A DNA stretch of 64,000 bases from NCBI GenBank assembly GCA_025201805.1, contig MU619243.1:1-64000 (forward strand), written 5' to 3'. A program made the translations under genes and the position numbers. Shown in pieces: positions 13,029 through 24,649 of the stretch. A model generated the notes under the pieces. The model did no database searches and was not told where the DNA came from. It was given only the letters and a program-made list of their open reading frames with translations. Source of the DNA: Parasitella parasitica NRRL 2501. Lineage: Eukaryota > Fungi > Mucoromycota. Numbering within the stretch: position 1 is the first letter of the stretch; every line of letters begins with the position of its first letter.

Positions 13029-14005
13029 ATGTCAGATATTGAACAGTTTATAAGATCTGAACTCGAAAGACTCGGCTTGTGCACTACGGTCAAGAATACA
13101 CAAATATTGGGAGGCGGATGCATTAGTCAAGCAGCCCTCTATGCAACGGATAAAGGAGATTATTTTGTCAAGGTAAGGCATATATCGTAACGATCAGCTC
13201 CAAATTTTGCTCAATGTCTACGTATACAAAGACAAATTCAGAGCCAAAAGCAAAAGATTGGTTTACAGCTGAGTCTTTGGCTTTGGAGCTCATAAACCAA
13301 GCTGTTCCTGGCTTTGCTCCAAAACCTATTCACCACCATGCAAAGGACAGAGCCTACATTGTAACTGAATATGTTGCCATGACCAATTCAAGTACGAGCA
13401 AAGCAGAAAAGGAGTTGGGTCGCTTGTTGGCGAAACTACATGCTGCAGGGCCATCGCCACCAGAAGAGAGAAAATTCGGATTTGATGTTACTTCGTGGTG
13501 CGGCACAACCATTTTAGACAACACCTGGTCTTTGGACTGGCTGCAATTTTACAAATCACAGCGCCTGGAGCCACTATTAAGGCAGGTAAAAGGCCGAAAC
13601 AATGATGTAGATCGATTGGGGGCATCGTTGTGCGCGCGGTTAGAACATTGGTTAGGAAAAGATGCATTGGGGATAGTGAGTCCGTCTCTCTTACACGGTG
13701 ATCTGTGGAACGGTAACATGGCAACAAGGGTATCTGACAAGAGCCCGCTTATATACGACCCCGCTTCATTTTATGGCCACTACGAAACTGAATTTGGCAT
13801 AATGAAGATGTTTGGAGGATTTACCCAAGATTGTTTTGATGCTTACGACGACGCACTTGTCAATAATACAGCGCTCGAGCTGGTAGATGAGGGAAGACAA
13901 GATAGAGCAATTATATACGAGTCATATCATCATCTGAATCATTATGCAATGTTTGGTGGTAGCTATAGCTCAGGATTCATAGATCTGATGGAAAGACTAT
14001 TGTAG
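13029..14005 (+). CDS. FN3K: Fructosamine-3-kinase / ketosamine kinase (2 exons)
   Basis: GGGCIS, YFVK, FGFDVTSWCG, PSLLHGDLWNGN, IYDPASFYGHYE, YHHLNHYAMFGGSY; intron ~13173-13231. Confidence 0.93.
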
Positions 14006-14089
14006 GTGTTTTATTGATAAAGAAATAAAAATGAGTTAGTTTTTGGAAAATAGTGTGTCTATCTAGTATGAATGGTAGCATATCAAAGC

Positions 14090-14232
14090 TCATACTCCTG
14101 GGTATGAGGCAAAGATACTTGTTGGTATGGTTACTTGAGGTTTAAAGCCTTGGTTACCATTATAGTCTCGAACGTGTAGCATGTCGTTCATGATAATGTA
14201 TGGCCATCCAGCAGCCATAGCACTAGAATATA

Positions 14233-14303
<71 letters not shown>

Positions 14304-16207
14304 TGAGTAAAAATGGTAGACAAGAAATACGGTAGCAAAACACTTACGGTGAATCGGGAGTCGCAGGACGAAGAAGGAAGGTACGGTCGTATGAAAGAGG
14401 CGGTGTGGCCTCTTCCTCCTTGAATTCACCATGCAAGCTGATAAAAAGGCCAACAGGTGATTGATGAGCATCCACAACAAAATCTTGGACTTTCTGTAAA
14501 TTATGAATTGTGGGTGGTAATCGACAAAGTGTGTTGCTGATGACTTCAGGTCCAACCATAAGACCTTTTCCCTCTTGGCCTATTATGTGTGTACACAAAA
14601 TTGTCAGTGCGTGTCATAATAAACGTATGGATCTAGGCACTTACGTTTCGATTTGCCCACCAAGTTTCGACTAAGAGAAGCCCATGACAGCTTTTCTTCA
14701 TCATCCATCATTTTCTTCTTGTCTTTTCTTCTGATTTTTCGCTGTGCTCTTAGTTTCACGTTCGAAGTGACAGAAAATATGGCATTGCTGTCATAAAGTG
14801 CACTCAATAGGGCTCTGTTGGCATCGAATTGCTGATAATACTTGGAAATGAAATCAACTGCCGCAGATTGGCTCACATCGTTATCAAAGAAATTGGGCCT
14901 GTTATCTAAAGGAAGTACGCGGCCCGTTTTGTGAATAGTAGTCTTTTCATGTTCTGATAACTGGACCGGACAGGAATCTAATAATACCAATGATGGAAAG
15001 CGCTTGACCATCTGGCGAACGTAGGCGCGATCATTTCCTCTGTGCTTTATTTCGCTTTCACGCAAGGGGTTTCCGGCCATCAACAGCTCTCTCAAGTGTG
15101 TGAGTTTTCCTGTACCGCTCAACGCTTCCAAATGGTCGTACTCCTTGATTAGATTATCTTGCAAAGAAAGATTCTGTACATTGGGAAGATACTGAGCCAC
15201 AGTTGAGATTGGCTGTACATTTTTCAGGTGGTTGCGAGCAAAGGATATAGTGACCACGTCAGAAAACATTTCGCCTGCTAGTTTCATCAACGCAGGGCCA
15301 ACACTTGAGCCTGCACCAGGTGCACCGGGCGGCTTGATGGCTGATTTCTTCAAAATAGGGTCTGCGCTCATATCATCCAGATTCAAAAATTTGGCGTCCC
15401 CATTCCAGCGGCTTCTGAGAAAGTTACGCATGATATCAATGGTCGTTGGCTTTTTATTAGCATCCGAGGATGGTGATGCCAAGGCTGCTGCCAATGCTGG
15501 ATCAAAGAATCGGATGCGAATTTGTTGGGCACCGAAAATATAGCCATCCAAACGAACCAAAATACGAGCAACCAGCGGGTCATTTACTGTCAGCAGCATT
15601 TGTCCCTGATCCAGTTTAACATCCACAGGCTCCCATTTCTTTTTGGACTTTTGAACCAAGAATGGCACAATTCCTGCTTCGGTACCTGCCTCAAACCCAG
15701 CAATCAAAATGTCAATGCGTTCTTCGGGCTTCTGGATTTGTGTTGCTTGAGCAGGCTTTGTCATCCCTCTGCCTCCATAAGGCGTACTAGAAAAAGGACA
15801 GGATTAGACTCTGTATCTATCTAAAAGCATCTCTTTTTTGGTCGAGTCCCGTTGGACACTTACAATCGCTTCTTTTTCTTGCCTCCCATTCCTCCCATGG
15901 CAACATCTCCATCATCCACATCAGGCACAGAAATTTTGTTCTCGGTGACAGTTACCGTCTTTCCCAATGCTTTTGCTTTCGTTGCTAGTCCCCTTGACCT
16001 TTTTGTAGAGGCTATCTTCCAAGCACTGCCACCGTTAGCTGGTGCCGCTGCTGCGACACTAATTTGCTTTTTATGCTTCACGGCATACGCTGCTTCTCGA
16101 GCTAATTCTTCTTTAGTTTTGATGTCTTCGGCCTTTTTAATAGGGCTAGGTGCTTGAGCAGGCACCGCTGCACCAAACAGTGCAAACAATCCCTTGTTTT
16201 CTGACAT
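14090..16207 (-). CDS. MEX67: mRNA export factor Mex67/NXF1 (RRM-like, LRR, NTF2-like), 4 exons
   Basis: FLRSRWNGDAKFLNL, LRR (VTISFARNHL, NLSLQDNLI, LRELLMAGNPL), NTF2-like (FISKYYQQFDANRALLSALYD...LHGEF...YDRTFLL...IIMNDMLHVR); introns 15787-15863, ~14580-14645, ~14223-14346. Confidence 0.9.
14236..14301 (+). repeat. 66-nt poly(A) homopolymer (poly-U in last Mex67 intron)
   Basis: Uninterrupted A run ending just upstream of the 3' splice site on the minus strand. Confidence 0.9.
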
Positions 16208-16399
16208 GTTGATATTCAATGCGGTTTTGTAAGAGTAATGTAATCAAGGTTTTTTTTTTTTTTTTTTTTCCATGTTTATAAATGTCACCGCCACCCGGTC
16301 ACATTAACGAAAAAGGTTTGCAAACATACTGTACCACATTGTATACAGTTCTGAAAAAAAAAAAGGTTCGAGTAAATGATAACAAACCTTCAAGTTCTT

Positions 16400-17915
16400 A
16401 TAAAAGCTGAGAAGTTTCTGAGAGAAAGGATAAATGTCTCCTTAAATCAGCAAAAAAGAGAGGATTACATAAAGTCATTGTTTTTATTTCATACTTGAAA
16501 AAGAATATTGATAAATGATATCTACATCATATCGGCGAGATCAAGGCAATCTTGAAGGAAAGAGACAGAATGCCCGATCCAACCATGGCAATCGTTCAAC
16601 GTTACAGTTTCAGAGGCTTTCGTAATCCTTGGTGTCAATGTATCGTTTGTATCTAATGCTGATCTTTTGACATGTTATTTGACCTTGGACCAAAATTCTT
16701 CAATTGGATTCAAGAATGGAGAGTAAGGAGGTAGATGAACACATTTATGGTCTTTAGACTCAATTAACTGCCGAATCGACTGATTTTCATGGATAGGTGC
16801 GTTGTCCATAACAATGTATTGTCCATGTAAATTGTTCTTGTTCAAGACTTCCAAAACGTTTTGCAGATAGTTGTAAAAATGCTCAGTCCTAGTTCCTATT
16901 TTAGCTGCGCCCTCGATAACTTTACCATCGGCAGACCTCTTTTTGGAAGCTGAACTAAGCACCTCAGGCACCCTTAACGAAATGTCGATGATACCCGCTG
17001 AAGAGATGGCACCAAGAATAGTAATGTTTCTACCCCTTTGATTTGGGCATCAAAACCTTGCAGGGTTTTCCTTTCCTAGACCAACCTCTTGTTCTACTGA
17101 TGTAAAGGTTGAATCCAGCTTCATCCAGAAAAACGCAATTCTTTTCAAAATCCATATCTTTGTCAGCCAGCCATTCTAATACAGCTTCTCTTCTTTTCTG
17201 CTTTGTTTCGTCTGAATTTCTGGACTCGGATATCTGCTGAACTTTTTTGATTGATAGCGCGCATTTATCTCTGATAAAATGGTAGAATACTGTTCTGGAA
17301 ATGACCACCTCAGGAAATTTCTGCATTAATGTTTTACGCATATATTCGAGAGTGTACGTGCCACGATGGTCGATTTAGTTACGGCACCACCCACTGGACT
17401 TGTGGTCAGATTCTTGTTTATGGTTGCGTTGTCATCTTTCTTTTTTTTTTTTATATATAGCTTTTTTCACCTTCTTGATGTATCCTGTACCAGTACTTGG
17501 ATTGACTCTACAGATAACGCTAGCCCGGTTGGCAGAAACTTTCTTGATTAGACACAAATACAATAGTTTTCTTATTTGCTGGGCGTCGTATTTTCTGTAA
17601 CGATTGCCATTGCCAAAGATGATTTTCGATGAGTTTTCAATGGTGTGGGCTTTGCCAGTATTGAGGCAGAAACATTTGAAAGACATGTAGATTTTTTGGA
17701 GGAAAAAAGTAAATTACTTGTTTCATGTTTTGAGAGATAACAGTTGAAGATGTTAAAAGAAGTAAAATCATATATACTCGACCTCTACTTATATTTTGAT
17801 CTTGAATTGCGTATTAAATAGGCTAAGGTTACTGTAGCATATACAGTAAACCTCTCCTTTTTCAATTTAGGAGACATCTTTCTCTTATTATCAACTCTTT
17901 CGGCTTTTTTTCAGA
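16400..17915 (-). mobile_element. Tc1/IS630-type DD34E DNA transposon, transposase pseudogene (~16522-17686)
   Basis: Fragments CVFLDEAGFN, IVMDNAPIH, LPPYSPFLNPIEEFWSKVK (34 residues between second D and E), broken by frameshifts and a stop; degenerate inverted repeats ~16400-16470 and ~17845-17915. Confidence 0.88.
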
Positions 17916-19469
17916 AACGCCGGACAAATTAACAGAAACCTCTTTGGTATAGCGAGTTGTCCCCTATTCAGAATTTGATATTCTACAGTGCAGTGCCTGG
18001 AACCATGAATCTACCAGAAGCTTATTATGAAGCTTAACTTTTGTTAGTAAAATTACCCTCAACCTCAATCCTAATCTCTATTTTACTTTCTATTTTACAT
18101 GTTTAGCATTAGAATTACAAAAAGGGGGACTCTTGAACTAACATTAGGCATTATTACAAGTAACAGTGGTAATAAGGCTTCTCTCTCAGTAGCAATTAGC
18201 AACTTATATGAATTATTTACAAATAAAAAGGAGTTAGTACAACAAACCATTGTATTCATCAATTATTTTCTTGTGCTTCTAACTCGATGAGTCATACCTG
18301 GTTTATCATATTACCATGAAGAAAGTGCATACTTGTGGCATCAAAAATCCTTATTTTATAGAGCTATGTCATGTAGTAGAATTGATATTGACGTGGTTTC
18401 ATCTCCAGATGATGGTTTTTTACAGCTTAAAAGCAAGAACTTTAGCTTCGTGTGCCATTTTTTGATTGAATTTCATAATCAAAAGTGCCTTGAAAACACC
18501 AGAAATAGTATCCGTTGGGAAAAGACTATATTAGATATGATTTTGGCGCAATTTGAGCATGATTTTTTTTTCGATGCAAAATCACGGATTTTTTCAATTT
18601 TTCCCTTGTATCCACACATGCAAAGTCATCGATTACGCATTATCCTCAATTTTGACCCTAAAAATGCCACTTTTTACTATAGCATATATTGGAGGAAAAT
18701 GATCGTAAAAGGTCATTCCATGATCTGAAAGACTGCAAATGCGCTCTGATTAAGCAAAATATTGACTTTTCCGTCATGATCTGTTTTGAGGTTTTCTCGA
18801 GATAATTCCTTCCATAAGCATACGGGAATTACGAAATGATACCAGCGTGTAGAGCGCCCAAAAATACATCTATTATCATAGACTGACAGCCGTGGTACGC
18901 ATAGTATTAGAGGATGATTTATTGCCTCAAAGAAGTAATTTTGATTTCTTAATGTCCAAATGGAGTTTCTGGAAGATTTTTTTCTTCCTGATTTTGGAAG
19001 CGTTTAATCTCCGCTGTCAAAGAAAAATGGTGTTCTTTTGAAGAAAGCATTAGCTTTGAGAAGCCATAGTTTGCCTAACTCAAGAGAAAAACAATTTCAA
19101 ACTGGTTTGTTTGTATGGCGTGATTCTTGGCTTTCTAATGGAATGACTTGCATGTCTGTACATGACCTGATGATCTCACGCTCCGATTTTGAAAAATATC
19201 TTTCCGAAAAAAGTCAGTAAAGTCGCTACCTTCACCTGATATCAACTTGAAAAGTACAGAAACTTGCTCTAAGCTATGCAAATATGTAATCAAAAGGTGC
19301 CTTATAGTATGATGCTTTATTTTGAATTACTTGTTTTTGTGTTTGAAATTGCTAAACATTGTTTTCTTATAGTTTTTGTCTTTTTCTAACAATAATACAC
19401 TGAAGTTCACACAGGTTTGACTAGCTGTTCTACTGTGCAACTGGATATTGAGAACTCAGCTTGGTACTT

Positions 19470-19760
19470 GTCTGGCAAGACCTTCTACACTAGAAGATGC
19501 CGGATCAACTGAAGGTATAAGAAAATTCCAAAGAAAAGGAAACAATCTGCCACCAGGATAACACGTTCATTCGTAAAAAAAATTTAGAAATTTATGAAAT
19601 CCCAAGGACATCAATGTGTTTGTCTTCAATCTCGCTCTTCATTCCTGAATCCAATTAAAGAGGTTTGATCCAAAGTCAACAGACACACTTACACCCAAAA
19701 TCACAGATGATTGTCAATAGACAACCAAACCTTTTTTTAAAGACTACCTTGGACTTAAAG
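19470..19760 (+). pseudogene. Highly eroded DDE_3 (Tc1-like) transposase relic
   Basis: Translates KSQGHQCVCLQSRSSFLNPIKEV*SKVN, a decayed version of the C-terminal catalytic motif of the 16.5-17.7 kb element. Confidence 0.6.
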
Positions 19761-20200
19761 ATATAATGTAGATAGCTTATTTCACAACACGTTCTCTTTG
19801 TATTTTCATTATGAATGAATCATAAAGCAATTAGTCTTTTCTCTAAATATGTGCTTTCATAGCGTAGGTCGCTCATTATGCCTCTAACTTGAGCAAGCAG
19901 GTTCTAAAAATTACTCTACTATTTGCTGCATGAATGGCCAAATAAGCTTTGGCAAATCTCACAGTAATAGAGGTCAACAAAGGACCTCTGTCTATTCGCA
20001 AATTTCTACTTGTAATCGACACCTTTGCAGTACATTCAATAAGTTCCTCACAAAAAATTATCTTCTTATAAATCATTTATTACAGTCTGTGTATACGAAA
20101 GAAAAAGAAAAAAAATTGAACAATACGCATTTAAACCATCTTAAATCTACATGAAGAATACATCAGTTTCTGATACAGTAGCCAATTTTTTACCAATGTC

Positions 20201-21528
20201 TCATACCTTTTCATAGTCTAACTTGGTCTCCAGTTTCTTTGCATCTTGCACCTTTCTTACTGCCTTCATGAAATCCTCTTGAATACAATAATCACGCTCT
20301 TCTCTGATTGCAAACATGCCAGCTTCAGTACACACATTTCTTAAATCAGCACCATTGAAGCCATCTGAAAGCTTGACAATAGCTTCATAATCTATATCGC
20401 CATGCTTTGTGATGTGGCCAGCATGAATCTTCATGATTTCCAAACGGCCTTGCTCGTTGGGTAGAGGAATTTCGATTTTTCTGTCCAGACGACCAGGTCG
20501 AAGCAATGCAGGATCAAGTGTATCTGGTCTATTTGTAGCCATGATAAGTTTTGTCTGTCCAAGATAATCAAAACCATCCATTTGATTCAATAATTCCATC
20601 AAAGTACGTTGGATTTCGCGATCGGCTGAAGTGCCTTCAGAGAAACGACGGCCACCGATGGCATCAATTTCATCCATAAAAATAATACAAGGCTCATGTT
20701 CTTTTGCATAGCCAAACATTTCTCTAATCAATCTAGCACTTTCACCGATATACTTGTCGACAATGGCACTGGAAACAACTTTGAGAAAGTTGACTTGAAG
20801 TGTGCTAGCAACTGCCTTTGCTAATAATGTTTTACCGGTACCAGGAGGGCCATACAGCAAAACGCCCTTGGGAGGTTTGACGCCAACACGCAGAAATAGC
20901 TCAGGATTCATCAGTGGTAGTTCGATAACCTCTCGAAGTTCACGAATTTGCTCTGAAAGACCACCAATACCTGCAAAACTGATATCCCCAGGATCTTCCA
21001 TTGACATGTTGTATACAAGGGGATCGACTTCACGAGGTAAAATACGCATGATAGTTAAAGTCGTCATATCAAGAGCTACACGAGCACCTTGCTTCAACTT
21101 TTCCTTGTCAACTGTGTTACGACATCCTACCACATAACGAGGACCACTTGTATTCTTGACAATAACTAATTGAGCCCAAAATTAAAAAATAAATAAAATA
21201 AAAAACAATGGTCTCTATTTATCGGTGCCAGAGTAACTTACAGCGTTCATCATCCAACTGCTTTAAAACTTCGCCAATCACTTGGCCCACGCTTTGCAGC
21301 GCCTTGATATCGTCTTCAGATTTATCGTATTCTTTGTCAAGTGTTCTTAAGCCAAGGCGCACTAGACGATTGTTAGCATGGCTTTCCAGCATTTCTTCAT
21401 GCTTTAGCTATAAACTCACTTTCTTTAAGTTTGGCATCTAATTCACGATGCTCCAAGAGTCTTCTTCTGTAGCCATTCAAAGCTTTTGTTTTAGGATCTT
21501 GTTCTTGTGGATTTGAGGAACTGGACAT
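20201..21528 (-). CDS. RPT4: 26S proteasome AAA-ATPase subunit Rpt4 (PSMC6/Sug2), 3 exons
   Basis: [47 protein letters not shown]-terminus [11 protein letters not shown]. Confidence 0.97.
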
Positions 21529-21612
21529 TTTTTCCACCAAACTATGTATAATATTTATAACAAATAAAGAGACTTGTTCAAAAAATGAAAAAAGAAGTGT
21601 GTATTTCTAAAG

Positions 21613-21620
21613 GACGCGTA
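21613..21620 (-). promoter_or_regulatory. Candidate cis-element TACGCGTC upstream of RPT4
   Basis: Same 8-mer, same orientation and near-identical spacing (84 vs 85 nt to ATG) as upstream of PUP2. Confidence 0.4.
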
Positions 21621-22032
21621 AGGTCGGCTATTTCAAAATGCGAATGAGGATACGTCACTTCACTTGGTACAAGCGCAATTGAACACTGTATTATTATTGG
21701 AGTCACTGTATCGCAATCAAATTGACCAGAAAGTAGCTCTTCTTCATCTCCTGAGAGCTAAAGATATAGGAACATGCTTTCTTCCATATGAGGGACATTT
21801 CCACAGCTTTAATTAAGAAGCACTTGTAGCGAAACGCTCTCCCTCCTCTCCCACATCACTCATGCTAAATGTCGCCATGTCTACATGGATAAGCTTGCAA
21901 AGTGCATTGACTTCTCACATTAACTAGCTATACATACTACGGCAAACCTACTAGAGGCTGAAACAGTCTGTCTGGTAAATCACTTTTATTAGTATTGAGC
22001 GTAATCCGTTGTATTTATTCCCCTTCCATCGT

Positions 22033-22616
22033 CTATTTCAAATGGGTTGTAATGACAGGGTTCTTTTTGTTATGGATTTGTTCTTGGCCCTCTACAGAGC
22101 CAGGAATCTTCTTTTCCAAACCCTACAGTGCGACAAGCAAGTGGTCAGTACAACATCAGTTTCATTCAGATGGCGCAATTACCAATTTCTCAAACACACA
22201 TGTGTTGAAAGTGCGTTCGGGCGTGCGACAGGCGTAGAATTCTTGATTGTTTTTCTCTAAGCATTGCCAGTGTGCCTCGAATTCCTTGCCGCAGTTCTCT
22301 CTAAGCTTGGCAATTCTAATCTATCGTTTAATTACGCATTCCTTCGACTGGCAATGTTGCATTCAACTTACAAATTGATAGCGCATCTGGTGACTTTTCT
22401 ACCTTCAGAAAGACAATGCTTGGGATCGTTGTTCTCATTCTTGCAGAGCATGAAATCGTCGTTGTATTCTTTGCAGTATTGGCCGATAAAAAACGAAGCG
22501 CTCTTCAAGGGAGCTGAAGTAGCACCAATCTCATCAACTTTGGGGACTGACTCTGGGAGAGGTGTAGGGTCAACATACTTGGTATGTGTAAAGGTGGCTT
22601 CCTTTTGAGCAGACAT
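22033..22616 (-). CDS. NDUFA8: Complex I accessory subunit NDUFA8 (NUPM, CX9C), 3 exons
   Basis: EIGATSAPLKSASFFIGQYCKEYNDDFMLCK...DPKHCLSEGRKVTRCA...CGKEFEAHWQCLEKNNQEFYACRTPERTFNTCVFEKLGLEK. Confidence 0.93.
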
Positions 22617-22976
22617 GTTGTATTTATCGAAAAGTGGGGGAGGGGGGTGATTTATATAATATTAGATGAGCAAAGCTCTAATGAACACGTTAATCATTCG
22701 AAATTTGACATTGCCTAACGCTCTTACTTGTTTATCTGGTACAAAAAGGGACAGAATATGGTTGTGAGCGTCCATCACATCCGGGGTTCTTTTCTATCCC
22801 GCACAAACAACATCAACAGATTTGCTCTAATCCTCCAAGGCTTCGTGACGCAACATCCTGGACGTCACTCAATATGGGCCATCTCTTTTCCATTGAACAA
22901 CCGAATGTTAAGCTGTGGAAGGCTCTCTGCGCGCCGTTTTGCTGCGTTTTAGCGTTCATTTAATAACATAATAGCC

Positions 22977-24260
22977 ATGGCGACCGGTGCCCACAGAAAA
23001 AAGAAGCAGGAAAAGACCCAGAATGCAAAGATTGATTCATACTTCAAACCTGCACCTAAACCAAACAGATCAACATCTTCTGTCAAACGCACACTTGAGA
23101 ACGACGAAAACACAGATTTCAATGATGAAAACAGAAAAAAGACACTGACATCCTCAAATTCACAACCTGTAAAGAGGCAATTTGGAGACATGAAAAGCAG
23201 GCTTCAACCAAAAAATATCCAAAATGTTTTCCGTTTGCCTCTGAGAGACATAAACCCAAAGGTTCTCTCAGGTGTCAACAACAATAACAAACCAACCACA
23301 ATCAGCCCAAGACAGAAAAGATCTACTCCTGCCTTTGCTGTCTTGTGTGATGAAGACATAGAAAACGGGGTTGAGAAAGCGCCTACGCCACCAACAAGAG
23401 ATAGTCAAGAAAGCTTAGCTGACAGTCAAGATGTCAGCAACCAAACTATCAATTCCCAAGATGCTGATAGTCAGAAAGCACGCAATTCCCAGGGAAAACC
23501 GCTGGACAACGAGCTCAATACACAATACATAACTCAAAGTGGTGATACAAACACTCAGTGGACCGTAGTGACCTCCTCTCCTATTGATGTTTACCGAGAT
23601 GTTGATGCTGAAACACAAGAAGGACGCCTCTCTGTGTTTCGGGACGACGACCATGATAGTAACTCAATACCAAGTGAACAAGAAAACTGGAACGCGCAAA
23701 GTCGTGCTGGCAAAGAGAACAAAACTGGCAAAGAAAACAAAACTGACTCAGAAGATGAAAATTCACAAACTGCAGATGATGATTTTTCAAATCTATTACC
23801 GAATCCAATAAGTGACAATGAAGAGGATGACGATCAAGACAGTGATGATAATGACGAGGACACTGATCTATTTGGTGAAACAGCTGACAGATCAATCATT
23901 ATAAAAAGAGTTTCTCTCGAAAGATCCAACACACCAGTCGATTCTTTCGATGATTACAACAGAATCGAAGATGAGGAATCCACGACATTCTTTGATCCAG
24001 AAAGCGATGATGAAGGCCCATTTGTTGACCCAGGATTGGAATTTTCTATTAATGAGTGCGATGCAACTCCAGATGAAAACCAAAAACTGGCTTTAGGAAG
24101 CTATACCTTATCGCAAGATCAAGCCGATTCAATTAGCCAAATCCTTGTCCCTTTGCCCAACCCTCGAGGTAAAGATATCTTGGAAAAACTAGGCGTAGAA
24201 AAGAATAGTGCGAATGATAGCAAAAACAAAAGCGATGAGGACAGTTTACATGTATCTTGA
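22977..24260 (+). CDS. Intronless disordered protein with APC/C degron-like motifs (candidate securin or APC/C regulator)
   Basis: 427-aa ORF, basic N-terminus and acidic C-terminus; RLPLRDIN, two KEN, IDVYRD and LSVFRD motifs. Gene is likely real; function is inference. Confidence 0.75.
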   Translation: MATGAHRKKKQEKTQNAKIDSYFKPAPKPNRSTSSVKRTLENDENTDFNDENRKKTLTSSNSQPVKRQFGDMKSRLQPKNIQNVFRLPLRDINPKVLSGVNNNNKPTTISPRQKRSTPAFAVLCDEDIENGVEKAPTPPTRDSQESLADSQDVSNQTINSQDADSQKARNSQGKPLDNELNTQYITQSGDTNTQWTVVTSSPIDVYRDVDAETQEGRLSVFRDDDHDSNSIPSEQENWNAQSRAGKENKTGKENKTDSEDENSQTADDDFSNLLPNPISDNEEDDDQDSDDNDEDTDLFGETADRSIIIKRVSLERSNTPVDSFDDYNRIEDEESTTFFDPESDDEGPFVDPGLEFSINECDATPDENQKLALGSYTLSQDQADSISQILVPLPNPRGKDILEKLGVEKNSANDSKNKSDEDSLHVS

Positions 24261-24384
24261 TCATTCTGTGAATCTTTCATTTAAAATTTGCTCTTTATAT
24301 ATCCTTTTTTTTTTTTTTCTTTCTTTCTTCATCACAACACCATTGCTGCTTCATCAATAATACCCAATGTTCTTTTATGTATAC

Positions 24385-24415
<31 letters not shown>

Positions 24416-24649
24416 GTCTATTCAGTTCTTTGCTCATCTCTCTACTCATGCAATTATTATTATTTTTCACGTTTTGCTTGCTTTATTAATAAAAAATAAA
24501 AATAAAAAAAACTATAGCGTTATTCTCACTGTATGGCCTATCGTCTCTCACTGACCCCTTGATATGAATTGCAAGCCAAAGTAAGATCGGTCGTAGTTTT
24601 TGATTTTGCATGATCGTTCACTTCGAATATATTTACTTTATTTTCAATG

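Noticed and set aside
14090-14555. Poly-Phe ORFs (82 and 110 aa)
   Set aside because: Artefacts of reading through the intronic poly-T of Mex67.
18300-18760. 131-aa ORF and weak similarity to 53000-53330
   Set aside because: No protein motif; similarity too patchy to assert by eye, probably old repeat debris.
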